A DNA stretch of 56,207 nucleotides, from contig JAMCWL010000089.1 of the NCBI GenBank assembly GCA_023481285.1, positions 1-56,207 of the forward strand, read 5' to 3'. This stretch comes from Actinomycetota bacterium. GTDB taxonomy: Bacteria > Actinomycetota > Aquicultoria > Aquicultorales > JAMCWL01. How positions within the stretch are numbered: the first letter of the stretch is position 1; each line of letters begins with the position of its first letter. Below, one piece after another: positions 38,432 through 48,606 of the stretch. Under the pieces are notes generated by a model. That model saw nothing but the letters and a program-made list of their open reading frames with translations. It was not told where the DNA came from and ran no database searches. The position numbers and the translations under genes are program-made.

Positions 38432-39535
38432 TCACCTTTTCCGGCCGGTGGCGACTCTTTTCACCAGCTCGGCCAGCTTTTTCGCGGCATCCGGCCTTCC
38501 GAGCCTTTTCGCAGCCTCGGCCATACGGTTCAACTCCGGCTTGTTCTTTATCAAATCGGAAACTTCGGTTACCAGTCTCTCCGAAGTTAAATCCTTATCG
38601 GCGATCACCTTAGTCGCTCCCGCCTCGATCAGCGCCCGGGCGTTTTTCTCCTGATGCTTGCCGGTCGCGTAAGGATAGGGAACCAGCAGGGAGGCCACTC
38701 CGCTCGCCGTTATCTCGGCTACCGTGGTGGCGCCGGCCCGGCTGACGACTAGATCGGCTGCAGAGTATACGCATCCCATATCGTCGATGTAAGGAAGTAC
38801 TAGATAGCGCTTGTCAGCCAGTTCTCCAATCGCCTCCTTGACCCGTTCAAAATCGACCTCGCCGGTGGAGTGAATCACCTGGATCCCAAGGTCGAGGAGC
38901 TTACCAATCCCACCTATCGCCGCGTCGTTTAGCCGGCGTGCCCCCCTGCTTCCGCCGAATATGAAGAGAACTGGGTCCAAGGGATCCAGATCGAAAATCT
39001 TTCGCGCGCTGACCCCGTCCGCTGCGAGAATATTTTCCCGAACGGGATTGCCCGTTAACTCAACGCGGTTCTTCTTGGGAAAGAAATTCTTTGTCTCCGG
39101 ATACGTAATGGCGATTGCCGTTGCGAACCTTCCTAGCAAGCGATTGGCAAGCCCCGGGAGGGCGTTCTGCTCGTGAATGATCGTCGGTATCCGCGCCAAG
39201 GCCGCCGCCAGCACAACCGGAACGCTCACATAGGCGCCGGTTCCGACGACGACGTCGGGGTTGAACCGCCTGAGGAGACCCCGCGCCTTCCGGACAGCCT
39301 TCGCCATTTTGACCATCGCCGTCACGCCGGAGAGGGAGACCTTTCTAGGCAAACCCGAGACATCCAATCCCTCAAATGGATAACCGGCGCTCTTAATCAT
39401 CGGCGCTTCCAAACCGTCATGGCTGCCGATATATAGAACTTCCGCCACCGCATTACCGGATGCCAGCGCTTTTAACAGCGCGAGCCCGGGATAGATGTGG
39501 CCTGCCGTCCCGCCGCCGCTTACTATCACCCTCAT
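38432..39535 (-). CDS. murG: Undecaprenyl-PP-MurNAc-pentapeptide GlcNAc transferase
   Basis: GGGTAGH, HEQN, TGNPVR, GGSRGA, HQEKNA motifs. Confidence 0.96.
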   Translation of the reverse strand: MRVIVSGGGTAGHIYPGLALLKALASGNAVAEVLYIGSHDGLEAPMIKSAGYPFEGLDVSGLPRKVSLSGVTAMVKMAKAVRKARGLLRRFNPDVVVGTGAYVSVPVVLAAALARIPTIIHEQNALPGLANRLLGRFATAIAITYPETKNFFPKKNRVELTGNPVRENILAADGVSARKIFDLDPLDPVLFIFGGSRGARRLNDAAIGGIGKLLDLGIQVIHSTGEVDFERVKEAIGELADKRYLVLPYIDDMGCVYSAADLVVSRAGATTVAEITASGVASLLVPYPYATGKHQEKNARALIEAGATKVIADKDLTSERLVTEVSDLIKNKPELNRMAEAAKRLGRPDAAKKLAELVKRVATGRKR

Positions 39536-40655
39536 AGGCCTCGTTGGAACATACCCTCCTCTCCCGGGAAGCGATATTCATGAGTATACCGATCATAGAC
39601 ATGGTTACGATAAGGGAGGAACCCCCGGAAGAGACCAATGGCAACGGAACCCCGGTAACCGGTAGTATCCCGGTTACGGCGCCCAGATTGACGAATGCCT
39701 GGCCAACGATCGAGGCCGTTATGCCGGCCCCAAGAATCTTCCCTAGATAATCCTTTGTTTTAAAGGCGATATTTATTCCCGCGTACGCCATAATACCAAA
39801 GGCCACGACAACCAGGAGCGTGCCGGGCAAACCAAGCTCCTCACCTATGATCGCATATATGAAGTCGGTGTGAGACTCCGGCAGGAAAAAAAATTTCTGC
39901 CTGCTCATTCCAAGACCGACGCCCGCCGGACCGCCGGAACCGAGCGCGATGAGCGACTGCCTGATCTGGTAGCCGATCCCACGCGGATCGGATGACGGGT
40001 CGATAAAAGCGAGTATCCGGTTTCGGCGATAAGAGGCCGACATGGCGAAGGCCAATCCACCTAGGAAGGAAGCCGTGGCAAGACCAACGACATCCCGTAT
40101 CCTTGCTCCGCCTAGAAAGAGCATGGTTAAAACGGAAAGAGCGATGATTATCGTAGTCCCGAGGTCGGGCTGGAAAAGAACCAGGCCAGCGATGATGATA
40201 ACGACGAAACCGGCAGGAGCGAGGCTCGTAAGGTGACCGAGCTCTCTTCGTTTTACAGAGAGGACGCTGGCAATATATAGTATTAGCGCAAGCTTGGCCG
40301 GCTCCGATGGTTGAAATGAGAACGGGCCCAGAGCGATCGCTCTCGATGCTCCCTTGGCCGTCTGCCCGATCCCCGGCAGATGCGTGAGAAGAAGGGCGAC
40401 CGCCGTTAAGACGATGAGTACCGGAGAATACTTGACCAGCTTACGATAGTCGGCCCTTGAACAGAAGAACATCCCGAAAAGACCGAGAACTAACCAGATC
40501 AGTTGCCGCTTTAAGTAGTAGTAAGAGTCGCCGTAATCCGAATAAGCCTTGACCGAACTGGCGTTCAGAACCATCACCAGCCCCGTGAGGATCAAAATGG
40601 TGGACGCACCAAGAAGAAGATAGTATGCGGTTGGTTTGTATCTAGGTCTTGACAT
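39453..40655 (-). CDS. ftsW: SEDS peptidoglycan polymerase
   Basis: FQPSE, QPDLGT, LPESHTDFI, TGVPLP motifs; dcw context. Confidence 0.95.
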   Translation of the reverse strand: MSRPRYKPTAYYLLLGASTILILTGLVMVLNASSVKAYSDYGDSYYYLKRQLIWLVLGLFGMFFCSRADYRKLVKYSPVLIVLTAVALLLTHLPGIGQTAKGASRAIALGPFSFQPSEPAKLALILYIASVLSVKRRELGHLTSLAPAGFVVIIIAGLVLFQPDLGTTIIIALSVLTMLFLGGARIRDVVGLATASFLGGLAFAMSASYRRNRILAFIDPSSDPRGIGYQIRQSLIALGSGGPAGVGLGMSRQKFFFLPESHTDFIYAIIGEELGLPGTLLVVVAFGIMAYAGINIAFKTKDYLGKILGAGITASIVGQAFVNLGAVTGILPVTGVPLPLVSSGGSSLIVTMSMIGILMNIASRERRVCSNEAYEGDSKRRRDGRPHLSRARAVKSAGIR

Positions 40656-40663
40656 GATAATTC

Positions 40664-41701
40664 CTATTTTGGTCCCGTCATGAAGAAGAGCGCAAACCCG
40701 GCCCCCGCTAAAACTCCCGTAACGACCCAGAACCTCACCATAACTTGCGTCTCCGACCAGCCCTTCAACTCAAAATGGTGGTGGATCGGGGCCATCTTTA
40801 GCAACCGCGTGCCGAACCAACGGAAGCTTATTATCTGGGCGATGACGGAGAGACCCTCGATGACATAGATGCCGCCGATGAGGATCAGCAGAAGCTCCGT
40901 CCTCGTCAAAATCGCAAGCGTTGCAATCACGCCGCCGAGGGCGAGTGAGCCGGTATCCCCCATGAATATATCCGCCGGATAGCAGTTGTACCAGAGGAAG
41001 CCGATGCATGCCCCCGCGACTGCCGCCGATAGCACGGCGAGCTCCAGGTGATTCTGGCGGAAAGCGATGCCCGCGTAGGCAAGCACTGTTATAGTCACCG
41101 TACCGGCCGCCAAACCATCCAGACCATCCGTGAGATTAACCGTGTTGGTCGCCGAGATGAAGACGAGATAGATGAAAGCCACGTAGAGAATGGGCACCAC
41201 GATCTCCGCACCGAAGAGCGTGAACGAGAAGGCCGGGCTGCCAAGCGGGATGGCGAACCTGGTCCCCGGCACCGCGATATTCGCCGGAATGTTGGCTATG
41301 TTAACGACCGCCAACCCGATCACCGCCGAGATGGCAAACTGCCAGAGAAGCTTTGAGCGTGCCCGCAAGCCCAACGATCTCTCCTTGACGACCTTGCGGT
41401 AGTCATCCACGAGACCGATGACGCCGCTCGCCAGGAGAGCGAAGAGAGCGATGAGCCCGCTCACGTCCCGGCGGGAGAGCAGGAAGTAGACGGCCGTCAC
41501 CACGCCGATAATCAGGACCCCGCCCATCGTAGGCGTTCCCGCCTTGACCAGGTGTTTTTGAGGCCCGTCCACGCGGACGACCTGGCCGACGTTCCGTCGT
41601 TTTAAGAGTTCAATCCAGACGGGCGTTAGGACGACCGTAGCCACGAGAGCCAGGACAGCGGTTAAGAATACTTGGTATGTCGGGTATCTAACCGGATACA
41701 T
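40664..41701 (-). CDS. mraY: Phospho-MurNAc-pentapeptide transferase
   Basis: KAGTPTMGG, NLTDGLDGL, FMGDTGS, MAPIHHHFE motifs. Confidence 0.97.
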   Translation of the reverse strand: MYPVRYPTYQVFLTAVLALVATVVLTPVWIELLKRRNVGQVVRVDGPQKHLVKAGTPTMGGVLIIGVVTAVYFLLSRRDVSGLIALFALLASGVIGLVDDYRKVVKERSLGLRARSKLLWQFAISAVIGLAVVNIANIPANIAVPGTRFAIPLGSPAFSFTLFGAEIVVPILYVAFIYLVFISATNTVNLTDGLDGLAAGTVTITVLAYAGIAFRQNHLELAVLSAAVAGACIGFLWYNCYPADIFMGDTGSLALGGVIATLAILTRTELLLILIGGIYVIEGLSVIAQIISFRWFGTRLLKMAPIHHHFELKGWSETQVMVRFWVVTGVLAGAGFALFFMTGPK

Positions 41702-41722
41702 AACTTTCTACCTTATGCCGGA

Positions 41723-43132
41723 CTACCTATAAATCGACCGACGCGTTGCTCGTATTATCGCGTCGGCGACTTGTTCAAGCTTCATGCCTCTGGATGCCTT
41801 AACCAGAACGACGTCTTTCGGTTCGATGAATTCCGCGACGTTCCGACCGGCGTCTTCCGCCGAATCGAAGGAGATGATCGCACCGTCAGCCATCCCACCT
41901 TCTCGCGCTCCCTCGGCGATCAAACGCCCCAGCTCCCCTACCGTAACCAGGAGATCGACCCCCGTCTTGGCGGCATTCCTTCCGACCGCCAGATGCGACT
42001 CTTCGGCTATTGGGCCTAGCTCAAGCATATCTCCCAGAACAATGATCCGGCGACCCTTTGTTTTCACGTCGGCAAGCACGGCGATCGCAGCCAGCATGGA
42101 GTCGGGATTGGCGTTGTAAGCATCGTTTAGAATCACCACCTCACCGGCCCTGGACACCTCCATCCGCATCTCCGGCAGCCTTACCTCAGAGAGACCGCCG
42201 GCGATTTCATCGGCCCCCAAGCCCAGAGCAAGCGCTATCGACGCCGCCGCCAGGGCGTTGTAGACGTTGTGCCTCCCGGGAACCGGCAGGGAGACCGCCG
42301 CCAGGAAACGCTCTCCTTTGATCCGGAAGGACGGGCGACCGAGCGAATCGACGGTAATCCGGTCGGCCACGAGATCCGCGTCACACAGACCGTACGTCCT
42401 TACGGAAGCGCTCGTCTTCTTGACGAGCATCGGCGTCCACCCGTTGTCGGCATTCAAGATGGCGATCCCGCTGGATGGCAGCCCCTTAACCAGCTCGGCT
42501 TTTGCCTCGGCGATAGCTTCTGCCGTTCCCAAAAGCTCGATGTGGCTCTTCCCGACCCCGGTAACGAGCCCTATATCCGGTTTAGCAATCTCGGTCAGCG
42601 CGGCTATCTGACCGAGGCCCCGCATGGCCATCTCCACGATGATTACCTCGGTCTCCGGGGACGCGCCGAGCAGCGTCAGCGGCAGCCCTATCTCGTTGTT
42701 ATAATTCTTCTCGCTGGCCACAACCGAAAGGCGACGGCGCAAGATGGCCGTCGCCATCTCCCGGGCCGTCGTCTTTCCGGTGCTTCCAGTTATGCCGACA
42801 ACCTTAGCCGAGAGGATCCCCCGGTAGGCGGCGGCAAGTCGCTGCAGCGCCCCAATGGAGTCGTTCACCTTTATCGCGAAAGCCCTGCTCGAGATGGCCC
42901 GTTTTGCCTCCCCGTTCAACTTCTCGGTTAAAAAGCCGGTCGCCCCGGCTTCGACGGCCCGCACGATATGCTCGTGGCCGTCGGTGAACTCTCCCTTTAA
43001 AGGAATGAATATCTCACCCGGCTTTATCGTGCGACTGTCGACACTCACGCCGGTAACCTTCGTGGTCAGGAAGCCGCCGACCAGCTCCCCGTCTACCCAG
43101 GAGGCAAGGCGCCCCGCCGTTACTTCGAACAC
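41723..43132 (-). CDS. murF: UDP-MurNAc-tripeptide D-Ala-D-Ala ligase
   Basis: ITGSTGKTT, NYNNEIG, DAYNANPDSM, LGDMLELG motifs. Confidence 0.96.
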   Translation of the reverse strand: MFEVTAGRLASWVDGELVGGFLTTKVTGVSVDSRTIKPGEIFIPLKGEFTDGHEHIVRAVEAGATGFLTEKLNGEAKRAISSRAFAIKVNDSIGALQRLAAAYRGILSAKVVGITGSTGKTTAREMATAILRRRLSVVASEKNYNNEIGLPLTLLGASPETEVIIVEMAMRGLGQIAALTEIAKPDIGLVTGVGKSHIELLGTAEAIAEAKAELVKGLPSSGIAILNADNGWTPMLVKKTSASVRTYGLCDADLVADRITVDSLGRPSFRIKGERFLAAVSLPVPGRHNVYNALAAASIALALGLGADEIAGGLSEVRLPEMRMEVSRAGEVVILNDAYNANPDSMLAAIAVLADVKTKGRRIIVLGDMLELGPIAEESHLAVGRNAAKTGVDLLVTVGELGRLIAEGAREGGMADGAIISFDSAEDAGRNVAEFIEPKDVVLVKASRGMKLEQVADAIIRATRRSIYR

Positions 43133-44580
43133 GCGGCCAGCTCCTTTACGATTTCCTTCGCAACCTGACGATCGCTGAAGGGCAATGTCCTATCGGCAAA
43201 GATCTGCCCTCTCTCATGTCCTTTGCCGGCGATAACCACAAAATCGCCCTTTCCGGCCTCCATGATCGCTCTCTTGATCGCTTCTCTCCGATCCTCAACG
43301 ATCATGTAATCAACTCCCGGCACCCGTCTGGTGCCCCGCTCGATTTCGGCGATAATGGCCACCGGTTCCTCACCCCGCGGGTTGTCAGACGTAATGATCG
43401 TCCGATCCGCCAATCGACCGGATACCTCCCCCATCAGGGGTCTTTTGGCCCTGTCGCGGTCACCCCCGCAACCGAAAACGCAGATCAGCTTGCCTTCGGT
43501 CAGTTCACGCGCTGCGGTAAGCGTCTTTTCAAGGCCATCCGGCGTGTGGGCATAATCGACGATGATAGTGCGATCATGGCCGGCAAGGACCCGTTCAAAC
43601 CTGCCAGATACCCCTTCCAGGCTTTCCAGGCCCTCCTTAATGTCCTCGATAGGTATTCCAAGGGCGATGGCGCTTCCCGTCGCCGCCAGCGCATTTTGCA
43701 CGTTAAAAGAGCCGGGAAACTTCAGCCTTATCCCGATGCGACCGGCGTGCGTCTCCATGGTGAAGTGAGACCCGGTCGCCGAAACCGCTCTCTTCCTTGC
43801 ATAAACCTCTACTTTATCCTTAGTGCTGTAGCGAATACAGCGGTCACCCATCTTCCTGGCAATCCGCCGTCCGTACTCATCGTCGGCGTTCACCACCCCG
43901 ACCACCCCGTCGCGATCAAAGAGGAGCATTTTGGCTTCGAAGTAGCTCTCGATGGACGAGTGATAATCTAAATGGTCCTGGCTGAGGTTTGTAAAGACCG
44001 CCACGTCAAAATCACACCCATCCACTCGATGAAGATCCAGGGCATGAGAGGATGCCTCGATGACGGCCGCCTCAATCCCCCTGCTTACCATCTCATTAAA
44101 GGTCCGCTGGAGGTCGGATGCTTCAGGCGTTGTTCGGACGACGGGAACGATCTCATCGGCGATATGGCATTCCACCGTTCCTACCAAACCAGCCTTGAGC
44201 CCGGCCGCCTTGAAAATCGATTCGACCAGAAAGGTCGTGGTCGTCTTGCCATTCGTCCCGGTAACCCCGACAAGTTTTAAGCTGCGGGTCGGGTGAGCGT
44301 AGTACGCGTCGGCGAGAGCCGCCAAAGTGGCTCGGCTGTCGCCGACGAGAATTTGCGGCACATCGAGAGAGCTCATGCCTTTTTCAGCCACGACGGCCGC
44401 TGCGCCGCGACCGACCGCCTCCCCGGCAAAGTCGTGGCCGTCCATCTGGAAACCCCTGATGGCGATGAAGAGGTCTCCTGGTTTGACCAGCCTGGAATCG
44501 TATGCCAGGCCGCCGATCTCAACATCCCCGCCTATTAAGCTTGCCCCGGTCAGGCCGGTAATGAGCTCGGATAGGTGCAA
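43120..44580 (-). CDS. murE: UDP-MurNAc-dipeptide meso-DAP ligase
   Basis: TGTNGKTT, DHLDYH, DYAHTPD motifs; DNPR indicates meso-DAP specificity. Confidence 0.96.
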   Translation of the reverse strand: MHLSELITGLTGASLIGGDVEIGGLAYDSRLVKPGDLFIAIRGFQMDGHDFAGEAVGRGAAAVVAEKGMSSLDVPQILVGDSRATLAALADAYYAHPTRSLKLVGVTGTNGKTTTTFLVESIFKAAGLKAGLVGTVECHIADEIVPVVRTTPEASDLQRTFNEMVSRGIEAAVIEASSHALDLHRVDGCDFDVAVFTNLSQDHLDYHSSIESYFEAKMLLFDRDGVVGVVNADDEYGRRIARKMGDRCIRYSTKDKVEVYARKRAVSATGSHFTMETHAGRIGIRLKFPGSFNVQNALAATGSAIALGIPIEDIKEGLESLEGVSGRFERVLAGHDRTIIVDYAHTPDGLEKTLTAARELTEGKLICVFGCGGDRDRAKRPLMGEVSGRLADRTIITSDNPRGEEPVAIIAEIERGTRRVPGVDYMIVEDRREAIKRAIMEAGKGDFVVIAGKGHERGQIFADRTLPFSDRQVAKEIVKELAACSK

Positions 44581-44716
44581 GTGTAAAGCCCTCCCAATAA
44601 ACCCAGCTACTCTAGCATACCCATTAATCTACCCTTTGGCCATCCGCAAGCCGAGGGCGCCTGACGGCGCCGACTGCAGACGTTCCTAGCGCCTCCAATA
44701 TCGACGCGTGTGTTTG

Positions 44717-44747
44717 GCTCAAAGCTCAGAGCTCAAAGCTCAGAGCT
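44717..44747. repeat. Heptamer tandem repeat (GCTCARA)x4
   Basis: GCTCAAA GCTCAGA GCTCAAA GCTCAGA GCT, just past the ftsI stop. Confidence 0.88.
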
Positions 44748-44751
44748 GCCT

Positions 44752-46449
44752 TTATTGCGGCGGCACCCTCAAATGCCTCAGTGAGTACTCGGCGATCCGG
44801 CTGAAAGCCGGCGCGGCCACGACGCCCCCGTATATAGCGGTGGTCGGCTCATCGATGATGACGATGACGGCGATCTGCGGGTCCCTGGAGGGTAGATAGC
44901 CCAGGAACGAACCGATATAAGCGCCGCTCGCATAACCCATGCCTGGCTTCGGCTTCTGGGCCGTGCCGGTCTTCCCCGCCACGCGGTAGCCGTTGACCGC
45001 CGCTCTCCCACCAGTACCGTCGGTGACCACCTTTTCCAGGATGTCGCGCATCCGCCCGACGGTATCTGGAGAGATCGCCCTCTTCTCAGGTTTCGGCCTG
45101 TACTCCTTGACCACCTTGCCGTTTTTATCCGTCGCTTCGATGAGGAGATGCGGGTTAGGCAGTAGCCCGTCATTGGCGATCGACGAAAAGCTTCTCAATA
45201 TCCCGATCGGCGTCACCGTAATGCCCTGGCCAAAAGGAATGTTTCCGATCGTCGATGCCGACCAATCTTCGGCGGGCGGCATGTATCCGACCGCCTCGCC
45301 GGGAAGATCCACGAGAGTCGACTTGGTCAGTTCGAATCTGTCGACGTACTTACACAGCTTTGATTTGCCCAGCTTCAGACCTATAGTAACCGCCCCGACA
45401 TTGCTTGATTCCTGGATTATCTCCGAAAAGGTAAACGCCCGCGCCTCTCGTTCGTGGGCCTCGCCGATAACCCTTCCGCCCACCTCGATGTGTGAGGGTA
45501 AATAAAGCGTGTTGTCCGCGCTGAACAACCTCTCCTCTAGAGCGGCGCTCGCCGTAAAGACCTTCATCGTCGACCCCGGCTCGTACATATCGGTGATCGC
45601 CCGGTTCCTGACCAGCTCGGGCTTGGCCGCCGAGTCGTCGTTCGGGTTAAAGGTGGGAGCGCTGGCCATTGCGTAGACCTCTCCGTTCTTCGGGTTCATG
45701 ACTATGACGGTACCTGCGGAAGCCTTGAATTCCTTTACAGCATTCTGTATCTCTACTTGAGCCTTATACTGAATGTCTTTGTCGATCGTCAGCCGGACGC
45801 TATGGCCGTCGACGGGAGGCTCAAGCTGGGTCAATCCTCCAGGTATTTCGTGTCCCTGCGGGTCGCGCTCGGCCAGGAGCTTCCCTGGCTTCCCCTTCAG
45901 GAGGGAATCGTAATAGAGCTCTATTCCCGTCAGCCCCTTATCGTCGATATCGGAAAATCCGATCACCTGGGAGCCGATTGAATCGAAAGGATAGTAGCGC
46001 TTTGTCTCTCTTATAAAACCGACGCCGTCGATTTTTTCATCTCTCGTGACCTTGCGAAGGCGCATCGCGACTTGGGGATCGATTTTTCTTGCCAGGTAAA
46101 CGAAGCCCGATTTCGACCTGAGGAGCTTTTCAACTTTGGCAGGCGGCAGCGATAAGAGAGGCGCTACTTTCTCCGCCGTCCTTTTGGCGTCTTTAATCTG
46201 ATACGGGGTGGCGTAGACCGTTTCGGCTTCACGGCTGTCCACCAGTACCTCACCGTTTCTATCAAGTATCGCACCTCTTCTAGCTGGCAGGTCGACCGTC
46301 TCCAGGCGCTGCATATCGGCTATCCGCCGGTAGTCGGCCGCCCTGGCGACCTGGAGAAAAAATAATCGGATTGTCACAGTGCTCAACCCGATCAAGAGGA
46401 TAACCAAGAGTATGAGGATTCTCTTATCAGTCCGCTGAAGAGTTTTCAC
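44752..46449 (-). CDS. ftsI: Class B penicillin-binding protein
   Basis: RGAILDRNG, EPGSTMK (SxxK), SSN, KTGT motifs. Confidence 0.93.
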   Translation of the reverse strand: MKTLQRTDKRILILLVILLIGLSTVTIRLFFLQVARAADYRRIADMQRLETVDLPARRGAILDRNGEVLVDSREAETVYATPYQIKDAKRTAEKVAPLLSLPPAKVEKLLRSKSGFVYLARKIDPQVAMRLRKVTRDEKIDGVGFIRETKRYYPFDSIGSQVIGFSDIDDKGLTGIELYYDSLLKGKPGKLLAERDPQGHEIPGGLTQLEPPVDGHSVRLTIDKDIQYKAQVEIQNAVKEFKASAGTVIVMNPKNGEVYAMASAPTFNPNDDSAAKPELVRNRAITDMYEPGSTMKVFTASAALEERLFSADNTLYLPSHIEVGGRVIGEAHEREARAFTFSEIIQESSNVGAVTIGLKLGKSKLCKYVDRFELTKSTLVDLPGEAVGYMPPAEDWSASTIGNIPFGQGITVTPIGILRSFSSIANDGLLPNPHLLIEATDKNGKVVKEYRPKPEKRAISPDTVGRMRDILEKVVTDGTGGRAAVNGYRVAGKTGTAQKPKPGMGYASGAYIGSFLGYLPSRDPQIAVIVIIDEPTTAIYGGVVAAPAFSRIAEYSLRHLRVPPQ

Positions 46450-46463
46450 GCTCGTTTCCTAAT

Positions 46464-46964
46464 CTAGCGTACTCTATCAGAATAAAGCGCCCCCATCCGC
46501 TCCCATATACCGCCGAGAAAGCTGCCCGTACCGGTACCGCCGGCCATAGCCAGCGAATCCTTGTTCGCCGCTTTTGCCGGTTCAAGCTTTATATAAGAGA
46601 CTTTCGCAGGCTTGACCATCTTGAGCTTACCCATGGCAACTTGCTCGATTCGCTCTGGGGAGATCAGCTTCGCCCTCTCGACCTTCAATGTCTCGTTGAG
46701 TTCTTTGGCGGATAGATACTCTCCTTTGAGCCTTTCCAGATCGACCGATCCCTGGGCAATCAACGCCTTCTGGGCGGAGTTAATGAGGAGGACGGCGGCC
46801 AAGGCGATCGCCAGAACGACGAAGAACGGAAAGACTTGTGCCAGCGTAGACCCTCGTCGCCGTTGTTTTGCCCGCTGTTTCGGAGCACGTTCTTTTGGAG
46901 CAACGCTTAACTGCCTATGCCTGGTGTTTCCCCTATTCTTTTCTCTCCTTACAGGTTGCGTCAT
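46464..46964 (-). CDS. ftsL: Cell division protein FtsL-like
   Basis: Basic N-terminus, one TM, coiled coil, SPERIEQVA...LKM; lies between rsmH and ftsI. Confidence 0.8.
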   Translation of the reverse strand: MTQPVRREKNRGNTRHRQLSVAPKERAPKQRAKQRRRGSTLAQVFPFFVVLAIALAAVLLINSAQKALIAQGSVDLERLKGEYLSAKELNETLKVERAKLISPERIEQVAMGKLKMVKPAKVSYIKLEPAKAANKDSLAMAGGTGTGSFLGGIWERMGALYSDRVR

Positions 46965-46966
46965 TG

Positions 46967-47914
46967 TCAATCGCCAACCTTCTCGGCCGCTCTCAGCCTC
47001 GCGCTCGACGCCCTCGGGTTTGCCCTCAACTCTTCGTCTGTCGGCCTGACCGCTTTCTTCGTCAATATCTTGACCATCGGTCGCTTGCCGCAAATGCATA
47101 CTGGAAGCTCGGGAGGACAAAGGCATCCTCTCGCGAGATCGGCGAAGGTGCGCTTGACGATCCTGTCCTCCAGGGAGTGGTACGAAATAACGACCACCCT
47201 GCCACCAGGTTTAAGCCAGTTAATGCTCCGGCTCAAACCGGCCTCCACCGCTTCCAGCTCCCCGTTTACCTCTATTCTTATCGCCTGGAAGGTCCTCTTG
47301 GCCGGATGCCCCCCGCGCCGCCTCGCCGGCGCGGGGACCGCATCCTTGACGACCGCCACCAGGTCAAAAGTGGTTTTGATCGGCCTTTTTTGTCTGGTCC
47401 TAACGATGAGTCCGGCGATCTTCGATGCCCACCTCTCCTCCCCGTACCTCCGGATGACTCCCGCCAGCTCCTTCTCCGAGTAACCGTTCACGACGTCCGC
47501 CGCCGTCAACTTCTGGCTCAGATCCATCCGCATGTCGAGTGGAGCTTCAAAGCGGTAACTGAAGCCGCGTTCCGGCCGGTCGAACTGGTAAGACGAGACC
47601 CCCAGGTCGAACAGGAAGGCGTCGACCTCCAGCACCCCCGCCTTGGGAAGGAGGCGGTCGAGCTTCTCGAAGCCGCCTTTCATAAACTTGATTTGCTGGC
47701 TGAAGCCGGCTAGACGTGCCCTTGCTGCTTTAAGTGCTGCGTCATCTTTGTCGATCCCTACTAAAACGCCATCTGACCCTAGTAAATCCAATATTGCTTC
47801 CGCGTGACCTGCCCCGCCTAAAGTGCAGTCAACGACTGTGCTGCCGCTCCTGATGCGTAGATAGTGCAAGGCTTCAGCCAGCAAAACGGGTTTGTGCTCA
47901 TATTCCATTGTCAA
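46967..47914 (-). CDS. rsmH: 16S rRNA m4C1402 methyltransferase
   Basis: HKPVLL, DCTLGGAGH, DLGVSS, PLDMRM, SYHSLEDR, NPRASSARLR motifs. Confidence 0.98.
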   Translation of the reverse strand: MTMEYEHKPVLLAEALHYLRIRSGSTVVDCTLGGAGHAEAILDLLGSDGVLVGIDKDDAALKAARARLAGFSQQIKFMKGGFEKLDRLLPKAGVLEVDAFLFDLGVSSYQFDRPERGFSYRFEAPLDMRMDLSQKLTAADVVNGYSEKELAGVIRRYGEERWASKIAGLIVRTRQKRPIKTTFDLVAVVKDAVPAPARRRGGHPAKRTFQAIRIEVNGELEAVEAGLSRSINWLKPGGRVVVISYHSLEDRIVKRTFADLARGCLCPPELPVCICGKRPMVKILTKKAVRPTDEELRANPRASSARLRAAEKVGD

Positions 47915-48349
47915 TTAGATCCCGAACTGGGCGAGAGCCTCTCCGGTGACCTTCTCCTCGGACTCCCGGGCGTGCTTCTCCCAGTTTTCAAGCGACCATA
48001 TCTCAAGCCAGCTCCCATTGCCCGCGATGACCACGTCTTTCTCAATGCCGGCGTACTCCCTCAGGTGGAAAGGTATCGATATTCTGCCCTGCTTGGAAAT
48101 CTCTTCTTCTGAGGCGTTCGAGAAGACGACCCGCTGAGCGCGTCTGGCGATGTCGTTTGAGATGACCGGCAGCTTCTCCAAAAGCTTTCTCTCGAGCCCC
48201 GGCCACTCGGTACGCGTATAGACCAAAATACAGGGATCGTCGATAGCCCTGGTCATCATCAGACCGTCAGCTAGCGGTTCTCTGTACTTAGCCGGCATAA
48301 TCAACCGTCCTTTTTCATCGAGTGAGTGACGGTACTGCCCGTAAAACAC
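47915..48349 (-). CDS. mraZ: dcw transcriptional regulator
   Basis: MFYGQYRHSLDEKGRL, KQGRI, LEIW motifs. Confidence 0.95.
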   Translation of the reverse strand: MFYGQYRHSLDEKGRLIMPAKYREPLADGLMMTRAIDDPCILVYTRTEWPGLERKLLEKLPVISNDIARRAQRVVFSNASEEEISKQGRISIPFHLREYAGIEKDVVIAGNGSWLEIWSLENWEKHARESEEKVTGEALAQFGI

Positions 48350-48378
48350 TATCCGGCTCCTCTACTTACGAGTGTCTT

Positions 48379-48404
48379 CTCCACCTTACTCCACTTTGTG
48401 CCAC
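48379..48404 (-). promoter_or_regulatory. MraZ-binding direct repeats
   Basis: Three GTGG boxes at a 10-bp period upstream of mraZ (GTGGCACAAA GTGGAGTAAG GTGGAG). Confidence 0.75.
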
Positions 48405-48606
48405 AACGCAACCCCTTTGTTCCATTTTATCGACTTTTTTTTAAAAAACTTAAGGATTTTCCCCAAAACGGTCGCCTATACAGTGAAGATATGGTGGGTG
48501 ATTGATTATTTGACCAGGTAAACGGCCCAAAGCTACTCGGCACCATCAGATGAAAATAGCAGAATAGAGTGTATAACTAACGAGAGTCGAGCCTCGGTGT
48601 CTACTG

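Noticed and set aside
39453-39535. 83-bp ftsW/murG overlap as a special feature
   Set aside because: C-terminal run-on overlaps are common in dcw operons.
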